This document shows positions 39,508 through 50,100 of a stretch of DNA of 64,000 bases, piece by piece. Every line of letters begins with the position of its first letter. Within the stretch, counting starts at the first letter, position 1. The stretch is from an uncultured Verrucomicrobiota bacterium. GTDB taxonomy: Bacteria > Auribacterota > JABMQX01. Both the position numbers and the translations under genes were made by a program. The notes below the pieces were generated by a model. That model did not search any database. It saw nothing but the letters and a program-made list of their open reading frames with translations, and was not told the DNA's origin. The stretch lies in the NCBI GenBank assembly GCA_964516325.1, contig CAZFAP010000002.1, positions 22,276 to 86,275 of the forward strand. The letters are read 5' to 3'.

Positions 39508-39687
39508 TCGCTCTTTTTCGCCTCTTCTCCGAGTTAAATCGGAAGGAATCCGACCTGCATTCATAACAATGCCGCGCCCAGAGGTACCCGTCAACCCCCT
39601 TCCTTGGTCCTGTGCGGCTGCCCGCAGCAGGCAAGTGGAGAGACCCTATGGCGAGGTCCCCTCGTGCCCGGTCTCGCAGGATAAGTA

Positions 39688-40464
39688 TCAACTCATCAGC
39701 AACCCTCCGCTGAGGCCGATGGATTGCCCCGTCATGTAGCTGGACTCCTCGCTGGCGAGAAAGAGGGCAAGCTCCGCGACGTCCTCGACGGTGCACAGCC
39801 GTTTCAACGGGACTCTCTCCGTGACGTACTCCGCCACCTCTTCAGGGAGAATCCCCTTCTTCTTCGCGTAATCCTGTCTCATTTCCTCCCACATGCGAGT
39901 CGGAACGATGCCGGGGCAGATGGCGTTCACGCGGATTTGGCTTCGAGCGAACTCTCTCGCCAGGCTCTGGGTCAGACCGATTAGCCCGGCTTTCGATGCG
40001 CAATATGCCGCGTAGCAGTCCGTCCCCTCCTTTCCCGCCAGGGAACCAATATTGATGATTGTTCCCCCACCGTGAGCAAGCATGACCGGGACCGCCGCTT
40101 TGCACATCAAGAACGCGCCGGTCAGGTTCGTCTGCAGCGTTCGCTCCCAGACTTCCTCCGTCGTCTCCAAGAACGGGAGAATCTTTGATATCCCTGCGTT
40201 GTTGACGAGAATGTTGACGCTGCCGAAGGCGGCGACGGTTCGCTCGACGATTTCAGAGGCAGCTGACGATTCACCAACATCCCCCGGAACGAAAATCGCC
40301 TTCCCCCGAAGGTGCTCGATTTCCCTCACGGCGGCTGACGCGGCTTCTTCGCGGATGTCGTTGAGCGCCAACCGTGCCCCTTCCCGGGCAAATCTCTTGG
40401 CAATTGCCAGTCCGATTCCGCCTCCCGCGCCCGTGATAATCGCCGCTCTGTCTTTGAGCTTCAT
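39688..40464 (-). CDS. Short-chain dehydrogenase/reductase (SDR) family oxidoreductase
   Basis: TGAGGGIGLAIA cofactor motif, NNAG motif and YAAYCASKAG (catalytic YxxxK). Confidence 0.8.
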   Translation of the reverse strand: MKLKDRAAIITGAGGGIGLAIAKRFAREGARLALNDIREEAASAAVREIEHLRGKAIFVPGDVGESSAASEIVERTVAAFGSVNILVNNAGISKILPFLETTEEVWERTLQTNLTGAFLMCKAAVPVMLAHGGGTIINIGSLAGKEGTDCYAAYCASKAGLIGLTQSLAREFARSQIRVNAICPGIVPTRMWEEMRQDYAKKKGILPEEVAEYVTERVPLKRLCTVEDVAELALFLASEESSYMTGQSIGLSGGLLMS

Positions 40465-40500
40465 ATCCCCAGCATCTCGGAGGGTCGTATCGTGCGTGTG

Positions 40501-41640
40501 TTACTTCTCCGCCCCGACAAGCACCGCTTTCGGGTCCACGCCGTACAGAAGCCTCATCGCGTTCTTGTAATAGACCTTCTCCAGCACCTCTTTTGGAAGG
40601 TAGATTCCGTAAATCATCCAGAAGCCCTGGAGGTGGTGGCTCGCCGAGCAGTCGAAATACTCGTCGTCCGTCTCGAGAAAACGGTAATTGACGCGGTAGG
40701 CGTCGCGCCACGGGGGCGTATCTGTGCCAAAGGTTATCCGATCCTGATACTTGATGAAGAAGCGGCGCGCCGTGTACGGCTGGCGGCCCAGTTCGCTGAT
40801 GCGCGCATCAATATCGGCGTGCATATTCGGGTAAGTGTCGAGCCATTTCCCGACGGCGCCGAGGTCCTCCGGGTTGTTCGCCATGTGGGCGCACATGAAA
40901 ATCGTGTTTGGATGGCGGGCGATCATCCGGTTGCGCTGCTCGAGAAGCTCGTTCCTCGACGGATAGCCGCCTCCGTAGAACAGCCAGTTGGGGTGAGCGT
41001 TCAGCTCGTGCCACCGCTCGTTAAACCGGTCGAGCGGAGTGAAGAAGGCGGCAGGATCGCTCGTGTGAATAACGACGGGGCGTTTGTATTTCGCGCACGT
41101 CTCCCAGATCGGATCGAGGAGCGGGTCGTCTATTTTGAGGAGCGTTCCGTTCTTATGCTTGACCCAAAGCCCAAGGCTCTTGTGCATCTTCAGCCCCTTG
41201 GCGCCGATCTCGAACGCCTGAGCCAGGCTCTTCGCCTCCCTTTCGCTCCAACTTGGCTCGTCGAGTCCGTTCCAGTCAATCAGGGCGAACGTCAAAAAAC
41301 GCCCCGGGTACGCATTGTCCCACTTGTCGAGACTTTTCCTTATCTCGTCGAGGTTGCTGCCGCCGTCGAGGTTCACGACGACACGCACTCCGGCAGCGTC
41401 CATCTCCTCCAGGCATCTTTTCACATCGCGATACCCACCGAGATGATTATGCGCGTCAATGACCGGAAACGCCGGCTTCGTGATCTCGGTTACCTTCGTG
41501 ACCAGCATCGCACGTGGCTGCCAGTCCTTCAGCTTCAACTCCCGAATGTCCTCCTGCGCCGCAAGTAGCGAGAAGGAGACGAACAGAAGCAACACGCTTG
41601 CACTGAATACCGCGTAGCCGGATGGGGATTTGTGTTTCAT
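40501..41640 (-). CDS. Amidohydrolase-2-family metal-dependent hydrolase (TIM barrel), secreted
   Basis: Signal peptide MKHKSPSGYAVFSASVLLLFVSFSLLAA after an AGAGAGG RBS. VIDAHNHL metal-binding motif. HTSDP and later His/Asp motifs typical of Amidohydro_2. Confidence 0.5.
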   Translation of the reverse strand: MKHKSPSGYAVFSASVLLLFVSFSLLAAQEDIRELKLKDWQPRAMLVTKVTEITKPAFPVIDAHNHLGGYRDVKRCLEEMDAAGVRVVVNLDGGSNLDEIRKSLDKWDNAYPGRFLTFALIDWNGLDEPSWSEREAKSLAQAFEIGAKGLKMHKSLGLWVKHKNGTLLKIDDPLLDPIWETCAKYKRPVVIHTSDPAAFFTPLDRFNERWHELNAHPNWLFYGGGYPSRNELLEQRNRMIARHPNTIFMCAHMANNPEDLGAVGKWLDTYPNMHADIDARISELGRQPYTARRFFIKYQDRITFGTDTPPWRDAYRVNYRFLETDDEYFDCSASHHLQGFWMIYGIYLPKEVLEKVYYKNAMRLLYGVDPKAVLVGAEK

Positions 41641-41885
41641 GGCTTGCCTCTCTTGTCCTTGTCGGTGAGTCAGAGTCTGGGGAACGTCACCTTTCTCGGA
41701 AGCAATGATAGCCGTCAGCCCGCCTCTGTCAAACGATTTCAAGCCCTCGGCGTTGGTTGCGGAGACTTCACGCTGCTCGAAGTCCCATCGCCAGCCGACG
41801 TCGCGCGCGGAGACCCGCACTCATTCATTTTTCATCGAATCTTCGGACTTTATGGATTAGAATACGATGGTCAGGATGGAGATGA

Positions 41886-42860
41886 ATGGGCGAGTTGCCG
41901 GTTACCCTTGAAGACATCGTCGCCGCGAGAGAGAGGATAGCGCCCTATCTCCCGCGGACACCGGTCTACCAGTACCCCGGGCTGTCAAAGCTCCTCGGTT
42001 TTTCCTACTATCTGAAGCACGAGAACCATCAGCCTGTCGGCGCCTTCAAGGTGCGCGGGGGCGTGAACCTTATATCTCAGTTGACCGGCGAGGAAAAGCT
42101 CCGTGGCGTCATCTGCGCGACGCGAGGAAACCATGGGCAATCTATCGCCTATGCCGCGAAGCTCTTTGGCGTGCAGGCGCATATCGTCGTGCCCCAAGGA
42201 AACAATCCCGAGAAGAACGCGGCGATGGAGGACCTCGGCGCGGAACTGGTCGTTCATGGGAAGGATTTCGACGAGGCGGTCCTGAAAGCAGATCAGTTGC
42301 AGAGAGAATGCGGTTATCGGTACATTCACAGCGCTAACGAGCCGATGCTGATCGCTGGCGTCGGCACCTACGCGCTGGAGATATTCGAGACCCTTTCGGC
42401 GGTGGACGTCATTATTGTGCCGATTGGTTTAGGAAGCGGCATCAGCGGCGTCTGTATCGTGGCGAAGAAACTCAGCCCTCACACTCGAATCATCGGCGTC
42501 CAGGCAGAAAGGGCGCCCGCCGTCTGCCTCTCCTGGCGCCAGAAGAGAGTTGTTACGACTGAATCCGCCGACACAATCGCCGATGGTTTGGCGACGAGGG
42601 TGCCGGCTCCGATGACACTCGATATCATCAACAGGTATGTGGACGACATCGTCCTTCTGACCGAGCAGGAAATCATTGACGGAGTGGGTCTCCTTCTGCG
42701 AGAAACACATAACCTCGCGGAAGGCGCCGGCGCCGCCTCGACAGCCGCAGCTTTGAAGCTTCGCAATCGGCTGAAGCGAAAACGCGTCGTCGGCATTCTT
42801 TCAGGTGGCAACATAGACCGCGAAACCCTGAAGACCGTCTTGCAGTCCTCGCGATTTTGA
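41886..42860 (+). CDS. Fold-type II PLP enzyme, threonine/serine dehydratase-like
   Basis: Lys motif GAFKVRGG (S/AFKxRG), glycine-rich PLP loop GLGSGISG. 324 aa with no ACT regulatory domain. Confidence 0.6.
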   Translation: MGELPVTLEDIVAARERIAPYLPRTPVYQYPGLSKLLGFSYYLKHENHQPVGAFKVRGGVNLISQLTGEEKLRGVICATRGNHGQSIAYAAKLFGVQAHIVVPQGNNPEKNAAMEDLGAELVVHGKDFDEAVLKADQLQRECGYRYIHSANEPMLIAGVGTYALEIFETLSAVDVIIVPIGLGSGISGVCIVAKKLSPHTRIIGVQAERAPAVCLSWRQKRVVTTESADTIADGLATRVPAPMTLDIINRYVDDIVLLTEQEIIDGVGLLLRETHNLAEGAGAASTAAALKLRNRLKRKRVVGILSGGNIDRETLKTVLQSSRF

Positions 42861-42951
42861 ACAAGAAATGAGTGCCATTGGCGCACAACCCTGCCGTCAA
42901 GGAGGCAGATTGGTTTGACCGAGAGGATGACTGAGAAAGGAGAAACGAGAT

Positions 42952-43611
42952 ATGCGCAAAGCGGAAATTCTAAAGGCGTTGGCGGACGCCGTGGACAAAT
43001 TAGACGTTGCCGCCGGAGAAAGGTTGGCGAAGGAAGCCCTTGACGCGGGCATCCCGCCGTATGAGATCATCGCGGACGGGCTGTCCAAAGGAATGCAGGT
43101 CGTCGGAGAGAAGTTCAAGTGCGCGGAAGTCTATCTTCCGGAGGTCCTGGTAGCTTGTGATGTCTATTACGCGGGCTTGAACGTCGTCCGTCCGCACATC
43201 AGGCCAGGCGACAGGGAGCGCTTCGTCGGCACCATGGTCATCGGGACAATCCACGGCGACGTGCACACCGTCGGGAAGGACGTGGCGATTCCGGTATTTG
43301 AGGCAGCTGGATTCCACGTAATTGACCTCGGCGCGCCGGTCCCCGACGAGAAGTTTGTCGAAGCCATTAAGGAGCATAAGCCGCAACTCGTCGGTCTCGG
43401 TACATACATGACCTCAACGTTCATGCACACGAAGGAGACCGTCCGGAAAATCGCCGACGCCGGACTGCGCGATAAGGTGAAAGTGATTTGTGGAGGACCT
43501 TCCGTCAGCCCCGAGGCAGCCCGAAGGCTTGGCGCCGACGACGCCAGCGATAACGCCTGGGAAGCTGTCGAGAAAATGAGGAAGCTTGTGGCAGAACTTG
43601 CGAAAGCCTGA
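42952..43611 (+). CDS. Corrinoid (cobalamin-binding) protein of a methyltransferase system (MtaC/MtbC-like)
   Basis: N-terminal B12-binding_2 helical cap, then a B12-binding Rossmann domain with GDVHTVGKD (the DxHxxG lower-ligand motif). AAAGGAG RBS. Confidence 0.65.
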   Translation: MRKAEILKALADAVDKLDVAAGERLAKEALDAGIPPYEIIADGLSKGMQVVGEKFKCAEVYLPEVLVACDVYYAGLNVVRPHIRPGDRERFVGTMVIGTIHGDVHTVGKDVAIPVFEAAGFHVIDLGAPVPDEKFVEAIKEHKPQLVGLGTYMTSTFMHTKETVRKIADAGLRDKVKVICGGPSVSPEAARRLGADDASDNAWEAVEKMRKLVAELAKA

Positions 43612-43692
43612 GAGGCTGTGCTTGAGGAAGAAACCTTTTGTGGAAAACACTCTCGCCTGCAAGGGCAGTGCCCAATACATGGAGGAGCAGAG

Positions 43693-44865
43693 ATGAGCGC
43701 AATAGTTGATAAATGGGTGAAGCAGTTGAAGGGGACATTGAAGCCGATAGGCAAAATGACGCACTGGGAGCGATTAGAGGCGGCGTTTCATTTGAAAGAC
43801 CCGGACATCGTCCCTGTGGCGCCGGAACTCGACTACTGGCAGATCACGTATGCGGGATACACACATCCCGAAGTCTATAACGATGTGGACAAGACCACCG
43901 ACGCCGTCATCAAGACCTGGGCGGACCTCCGAACCGACGCCATCTGGATGTATCTCGACATCGGTCACCAGCTTGAGAACTTCATTCCCCCGGAGAAGCG
44001 CGCGGATAAGTTCGTCCTGCGCGGCGACAAGGATTACGTGCTCTATAAACCTATCGCGGACACACTCGACGAGGCAATAGAGCTTTACGAGTCGAAAGCC
44101 TATCAGAAATATCTCGATGGCTCGCGCCCCGTAACGCACTACACGCCGCACATGCTTCAAGTCCTCGAATTCCAGGAGAAGATGGACCGCGTTGTCCCCG
44201 TCATCATCGGCGCCGCCACGCCGACAAACTGTGCCGAAACAATTGTCGAGGTGCAGAAATTCATCAAATGGTTGATCACCGAGCCCAAAAAGATTCGCCA
44301 CTACCTCAACCTCTGCCTCGAGGAGAGGCTCGCCGCCCTCGAGTTCTATCGCGAATTCGCCTACAGGAACGGATGCCGCTTCTTCTGCGGCTTCGGCGGG
44401 GCGAGGACATGGGGACCCAAGCAGCTCAGGGAATTCGGCGACGTGGACGAGATATTCATCCGCAAAGCCAAGACCATTTTCCCGAACGTCATGTGGCACA
44501 TCTGCGGGCACAATCTGCCGGAAGCGATGCAATGGCTGGCTGACCTCGACGCGGTTGACGCCGTGCAGTACGACATGCCCTATTATAGCCAGAGCCTCAC
44601 ATGGCCCGAGTGGTTTGAGTCGGTGGCGAAACTCTTCGCGGGGAAAAGATGCGCGATGAATGCGCCGACAACCCAGCTCGCCTGCCACGGCACGCCGGAA
44701 GAAATCGAGCAGATGGTCAAGGATTTCATCAAATACACGACGCCTTACACCACCGCCGTCGTCATGCCCGGCTGCGAGATTGACGCCTACGCCCCCGCCG
44801 AAAACGTCAAAACCATCATCTCCGCCACACGAAAATACGGAAAGTACCCTATTCGCGTTGACTGA
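43693..44865 (+). CDS. URO-D-superfamily methyltransferase (MtaA/CmuA-like methylcobamide methyltransferase family)
   Basis: URO-D-like TIM-barrel pattern. Lies directly downstream of the corrinoid protein. GGAGGA RBS before the MSAIVDKW start at 43693. Confidence 0.5.
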   Translation: MSAIVDKWVKQLKGTLKPIGKMTHWERLEAAFHLKDPDIVPVAPELDYWQITYAGYTHPEVYNDVDKTTDAVIKTWADLRTDAIWMYLDIGHQLENFIPPEKRADKFVLRGDKDYVLYKPIADTLDEAIELYESKAYQKYLDGSRPVTHYTPHMLQVLEFQEKMDRVVPVIIGAATPTNCAETIVEVQKFIKWLITEPKKIRHYLNLCLEERLAALEFYREFAYRNGCRFFCGFGGARTWGPKQLREFGDVDEIFIRKAKTIFPNVMWHICGHNLPEAMQWLADLDAVDAVQYDMPYYSQSLTWPEWFESVAKLFAGKRCAMNAPTTQLACHGTPEEIEQMVKDFIKYTTPYTTAVVMPGCEIDAYAPAENVKTIISATRKYGKYPIRVD

Positions 44866-44903
44866 GCTGAGAAGGCACGGCGGTTAGACGAGGAGACGTG
44901 GAA

Positions 44904-45395
44904 ATGGCCGAAATGGGCGAGTATGTCGTCGGAGCATATCTCAAGGTCATCGAGCGATGCGACTTTGTGGACTACGGCGCGAGACCGCCCGGCGGAGGGC
45001 TTGAGGGGTTAGATGAGCTGGATGTCGTCGGTCTAAGGTTCGAGGACAGGACTGCCTTTCTTTGTGAAGTCACGACCCACCTCCACGGCATGGGGCACGC
45101 CAGGGGCTATGAAGGAAGCCTTGAACGGATAAGAAAAAAGCATGAGGCGCAGAAGCACTACGCCGACAAATGCCTGAAGGCCTTTCCCCGCAGACGCTTC
45201 ATGTTATGGTCGCCGGTGGTTCCAAGAGGCTGTCTCACCTCGGAGCTGGAAAGGCTCGAGGGGCTGGAGCTGGTCATAAACGAAGGGTACACTGAGCGCG
45301 TCAACCGACTCCTTGAAGAGGCGAAAAAAACACCAGCCGACATCGGCAATCCGTTCTTCAGGGCGCTTCAAATCCTTCAGCACCTGAGAAGGTAG
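44904..45395 (+). CDS. Hypothetical protein, possible degenerate PD-(D/E)XK nuclease fold
   Basis: GEYVVGAYLKVIERCDF ... ELDVVGLRFEDRTAFLCEVTTH resembles the N-terminal pattern of the protein at 22548..23225, but the canonical Lys is replaced (EVT). GAGGAG RBS. Confidence 0.3.
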   Translation: MAEMGEYVVGAYLKVIERCDFVDYGARPPGGGLEGLDELDVVGLRFEDRTAFLCEVTTHLHGMGHARGYEGSLERIRKKHEAQKHYADKCLKAFPRRRFMLWSPVVPRGCLTSELERLEGLELVINEGYTERVNRLLEEAKKTPADIGNPFFRALQILQHLRR

Positions 45396-45470
45396 CTGTG
45401 CACCCTCAACAAATCGCCCTAACGACTTGCATGCCCGGGCCCCCGTGCCCGGCGCTTACCAGGTTCCTCT

Positions 45471-46964
45471 TCACACGCGCTCCCAAATGGGCGGGATTCG
45501 TTCTTTGCCGCGGGGGCCGAGGACGATGGGTTTGATGCCCGAGATTTCGCAGGCGTTGACGATCGCTCTCACTCTGTCGCCAGGAACCCCTTGGACGTGA
45601 TTCGCCGGGAACACGGTCAGAAACTCCTCGAACGAGCAGTCGAGCCGGGCATAGACGTGCGGCCACGTCGGATTCGTCATGTTCTTCAGCCTCTTCCTCT
45701 CGGCGGCTGGCAGCTTGACGCTTTCACCAGGCACGATGACCATGTAGGGCTTCTCGTCCCAAATCCCCAGTCGCGCGAACGTCATCTCCCCCGGCGCCGC
45801 ATCGAACTCCACCGATGCTCCGCCCGCCTTGAAATAAAACTCCAGAGCCGGATGAAACGTGACGCTCTTGAAATTCTCCTCGGGCACCATGCTCTGGGCG
45901 GCGTAATAGCTGGCGTGGTTGCCGGAATTGCACCAATCCCACAGGTCGAGGTCCGGATGATATAGCCTCACGTCCATGAATAGGACCGGCAAGCCGCCGG
46001 TGATGTACTTCATCAGTTGCATGGTCAATGCCGCATTGGCATCCGCCTCCGTCGCGCAGACGATAGACTCCTTCGGCCCACGCCAATCGTACGGATCGTT
46101 CATGAGCATCTCCGGCACATCGCCGAGACAAACGTACTCCGTCAATTCCCTCTGCCCCTTCAATCCACAAAAATCAAATCCCTTCTCTTCGTTGACCGCG
46201 CACATCGCTAAGTAAAGCCTGATTTGCGTCTTGAGCGTCTCCGGCGTGAGCATTCTCCCGTCGTATTTGAGCCTCTTTCCGAGGAGCTTTTCGAACCATT
46301 TCAGCGCGGCGTTCACCTCCTTCTTTTCCACCTTCTCCATCTCCTTGACGAGCCATAGCTGATCAATCTGCTGCGTCGTCGTGCCGAGGGCTTTAATCGT
46401 CGCCGTGAGATGGAAATAGCCGGTCTCCATTCCCATCGAGTGCCCGCCGTAAAGACCATAGACCTGGTTTCTCATCGTCGTGACAGCCTGAGCCGCACGA
46501 ATCCAGTCGAAGACTTTCGCCTGAGTTTCTCGGTCATCCATTTCCCCGACGATTCGGTGCGTCCGAAAGCCCACTTGACGTAACGCGCCGTCCGTCGCTA
46601 AAAGCCCGACGTTCCCCGGATATTGTCCGTTGTTGTTGGAGAGGCTCAGGATAGGCAAATCTCTTCCGACGCTGTTCACGAACGGCCACACTAAGAACGG
46701 GAAATTCCAGACGTTGTAGCACATAATGATTTGCCTGCAATTGGCTCGCCTCAACTCCTCCCCGACCTTCTGCGCGACGCGAGTGCTCGTGATGATTTCC
46801 GACCCGACGACCACCTCGGGCGCCGTTCCATCCATGTTCCTGATGTTCTTCCGGACAATCTCCGCCCACTGTTGCACAACCCGCATGTTCTCGGGGTTGT
46901 TTTGCGTATAAACATGCTCTCTCTCGTCGTTGAGCATGGCAAGACCGATTGCTGTTGACCTCAT
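45471..46964 (-). CDS. L-fucose isomerase / L-arabinose isomerase-family protein (cytoplasmic)
   Basis: N-terminal flavodoxin-like region and a C-terminal domain with CNSGNHASYY ... HVQGVPGDRVRAIVNACEISGIKPIVLG matching FucI/AraA C-terminal architecture. AAAGGAG RBS before MRSTAIG at 46964. Confidence 0.5.
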   Translation of the reverse strand: MRSTAIGLAMLNDEREHVYTQNNPENMRVVQQWAEIVRKNIRNMDGTAPEVVVGSEIITSTRVAQKVGEELRRANCRQIIMCYNVWNFPFLVWPFVNSVGRDLPILSLSNNNGQYPGNVGLLATDGALRQVGFRTHRIVGEMDDRETQAKVFDWIRAAQAVTTMRNQVYGLYGGHSMGMETGYFHLTATIKALGTTTQQIDQLWLVKEMEKVEKKEVNAALKWFEKLLGKRLKYDGRMLTPETLKTQIRLYLAMCAVNEEKGFDFCGLKGQRELTEYVCLGDVPEMLMNDPYDWRGPKESIVCATEADANAALTMQLMKYITGGLPVLFMDVRLYHPDLDLWDWCNSGNHASYYAAQSMVPEENFKSVTFHPALEFYFKAGGASVEFDAAPGEMTFARLGIWDEKPYMVIVPGESVKLPAAERKRLKNMTNPTWPHVYARLDCSFEEFLTVFPANHVQGVPGDRVRAIVNACEISGIKPIVLGPRGKERIPPIWERV

Positions 46965-47191
46965 CTGCTTTCTCCTTTTACCCAAAGGGTCGCTACACAA
47001 GCAAGGCAGCTTTGTCCGCCTTCTCTGCTGAGCTTATGGTAACCGGCGGATGACGTCAGATCAAGTTTGTTTGTGGAGCGGGTGTGTAATGAGTCTGTTG
47101 CGAGGGTAGCGCAGGCGTCCCGCCTGCAAGGAACACCGGAAGGCAGGCAAGATGCCTGCGCTACAATTCAGAAGCCCAAATCCAATTGAGC

Positions 47192-50100
47192 TCAATACGC
47201 CTCGACTCTATAGCAGCGGACATCCGTCTCGCCGGGCCAGGGAGATGTCCCTGACATATCGTCGTCGGTCCAGGAGTTCTGCCCCGTTCCAGAGGCGGCG
47301 ATGCCCCAACTCGCCAGAGACCAGCTCCCGACGGTGGCGCCGTAATAGACTTTGTACAGCATCCCGCCGACGCTCGTCCAGGTGATGGTGAACGAGTCGG
47401 AAGAATTGCCGACAATGCTAACGATTCGGAGGCACGAAGTGCTCGCCGTCGCATCGGTCCCCGCAATCCATTCGTTGCGGTTGGACTGTCCGTCGCCGTC
47501 GAAATCGTCGCCACCTCTTACGTCGCCAATACTATCAATGTCATCCCCCGGATCGAAATCCACGATGGTTTCCTCGAATGGGTCGGGCAATCCGTCCGCA
47601 TCGGAGTCCGTGAAGCCAAGCGAAAATGTGCCGAGGTCTTTCGCCTCGCCGGCGCCGAGCGAGAAAGACGCCTGGTAGGTATTATAGAAATCCTTAGAGA
47701 CCGTGATCCTGTAATTGATGGCGGAAGGGAGCCCCGTTACGCTGAACCTGCCATCGGTTCCCGTGGTCGCGTTATACCTCGTTCCAATGTAAATTCCCGA
47801 CGTGACCTCCAGCTCCACCGCCGCCCCCCGGAGGTTACTCGAATCGCTCGCCCTGACGACTCTTCCAAAAACGGAACCAGAGTTGGGGACAAGCGTGAAG
47901 ACTTCTGTCGCCGGCGATTCGCTCGTAACCTGAGTCGTCCTATTCTCCGAAGCAAAGCTCGGCGCCGAAACATCAATCGTGTAACTGCCAACGGGGACGT
48001 AACCGGAGTACATCCAGTTGTGGATCGTGCCAACTATTGGGGTGATAGTGATGGTCGTTCCGGGCGGTGACTGCGACGGGTCGTTCTGGTTGTACACGAG
48101 GACCGTCAGGACATTGTACCCCGGCAAGCCTGCCCCAAAATTCGTCTGAAAAGTCCCGTACCCGCTGCTCAGCGCCTTGACCGGCGGAATCGCAGTCGAA
48201 AGCGAACTCTCATAAGAAGGAGACTTCCCCGTCGGCTCGGTCTCTGACCCAAGCAGAGGAGAAAGTGTGAACTGGCTGACAACCGCCTTGACCAGATTCT
48301 TTGGGTCCCCGCTGCTAACGCAGATTCCTACTTGAACCTCCTCTGGCAGCAGCAAGTTCATCGGCTGGCCGGGCTGCCACGTCTTCCCGTCGGACGAGAA
48401 GGAAGGCGTGATCTCTGCCGAGCTCGTGGCGGCGGTCCGGACACACGCGAGCTTCAGGTAAGCCGGAACGGAGCCAGTCCCGTACCCCTCCCTCAACGCC
48501 GGCGCCCCTGGCGCCCCGCGGAACGCCGCCACAAGCTGACTGTCCGCGTTGAGGACCGCCATGGCGTACGGGGAGTCGGCATCCGTGGACTGTCGGATCA
48601 TGATGCCCGCGAAAGCCGGGCCGTCCATGCCGTTGAGGGAATCAACTCTCGCCGAAATCTCGAAACTCGACCTTGCCGAAGTGTGAACGAACCGGAAATG
48701 GTCCTCCGTCCCAAAACTGTCCAAGCCGTTACCCAGAACCGTGTAGGCGTCTGCCCCTGCGTCGTAGAACGTCTGCCCCTCCAACGGCTGCCCGATGTCC
48801 GTGCTCTTCATTTCGGGGCTTCGGGCAAACAAAACCTTCCCGAAGAAATTCTCCGCCCGTACCCGCCAGTAATACGTCGTTTTATCAAGGAGGCCCATGC
48901 CTTCCTCGAGGAGAAACGAGGTCCCCTCGACATCGCTCTGCTCAAAGACCACGTTCGTGAACGATGGGTCAGTCGCAATCTGGACAACATAGGTGATCTC
49001 GTCGTCCGGTCCTCCCTTCTGGCTGGCGCTCCACGTCAGAAGCGCCTGCCGCCCCACAGCCGACCCGTCTTTCGGTGACAGGATGGAGAAGTCCCCCGGT
49101 CCCGGCGCCGCAGGGGCGAACACGACGACCTTGCTCTTCCAAACCTCTCCCAACTGCCCCGTGTACCTGTCCTTGACGAAGAAGAGCACCCGATACGTCC
49201 CCGATTCCGTGAACTCCGGGTACTGGGTCGTGGAGAACACCCCATCCATATCGGAGTCGTATAGCAGAACGCGAATGCCGTCCACGTCCCGATGCATCGT
49301 AGGGTCGCCAGTAAGGACCCCCATGGAGAACGAGGGCGGCTTAATAATCATCCAGACGCCCTGCGCAAGGTCCCGGTTGTTCACTCGGGCCCAAAGATCG
49401 GGATACCCACCCGGAGAGATGACCTGTTTCGGGGAGACCTCGACAATCTCCGCCTCCAACTGGGGTTCTCCGTATCCAAGGAAAATGCGGGAGGAAAGGA
49501 ACCCATCGTCATTCAGTCGCGCCGAAAGGAAATCAAAAGAGCCAATGCCGTCCCCGTTGTCGTCCAGAAGCGGGTGGTGTGCGCTGAGGTCCGGGTAATC
49601 CAATCCACCGGTAAGCCCGTTGCCGTCTAAGTTGCGGGTGTACAGCCAGGTCGTCTCGGCGGCCTGTTCAAACGAGCGCATCAACTGCTGCCCCCGCGCC
49701 AACTGCTCGAAGAGCGCCAGCACAAAGAATTCGCCCTGACGGCTCACGCCATTTTCCAGCGGCCCCGTCACAGGAAGCTCACGCGGGTCGGAGCTTGTGA
49801 TAATCACGCGGGGATTTTCCTTCTTCGAGAGCCAATGGATGAAACTGCCCGAATAAGGCGCCCCATAAATGAAGGCTATGGGTTGCCCGTCGGCAGGAGA
49901 CCCGGTCAGAGACCTCTCGAGCGTTTCGATCCAGGCATCAAGCTCCCACGGCACTATCGTTTCCGTCTCTCCCGAAACGTAGAAACGGAAAGGCTTCCCC
50001 GGCCCCACGAAAATCAGGAAAAGCGGCCCCGGCGCCGCTGTCATCCGCTCCTTTGCCCACGTCGTGATGGCGTACTTGATCGCATCCTTGCTCGGCGGAC

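Noticed and set aside
40492-41568. Plus-strand ORF 40492..41568 (358 aa)
   Set aside because: Antisense to the amidohydrolase gene (VIDAHNHL).
43774-44688. Minus-strand ORF 43774..44688 (304 aa)
   Set aside because: Antisense to the URO-D-like methyltransferase, which is translationally coupled to the corrinoid protein gene.
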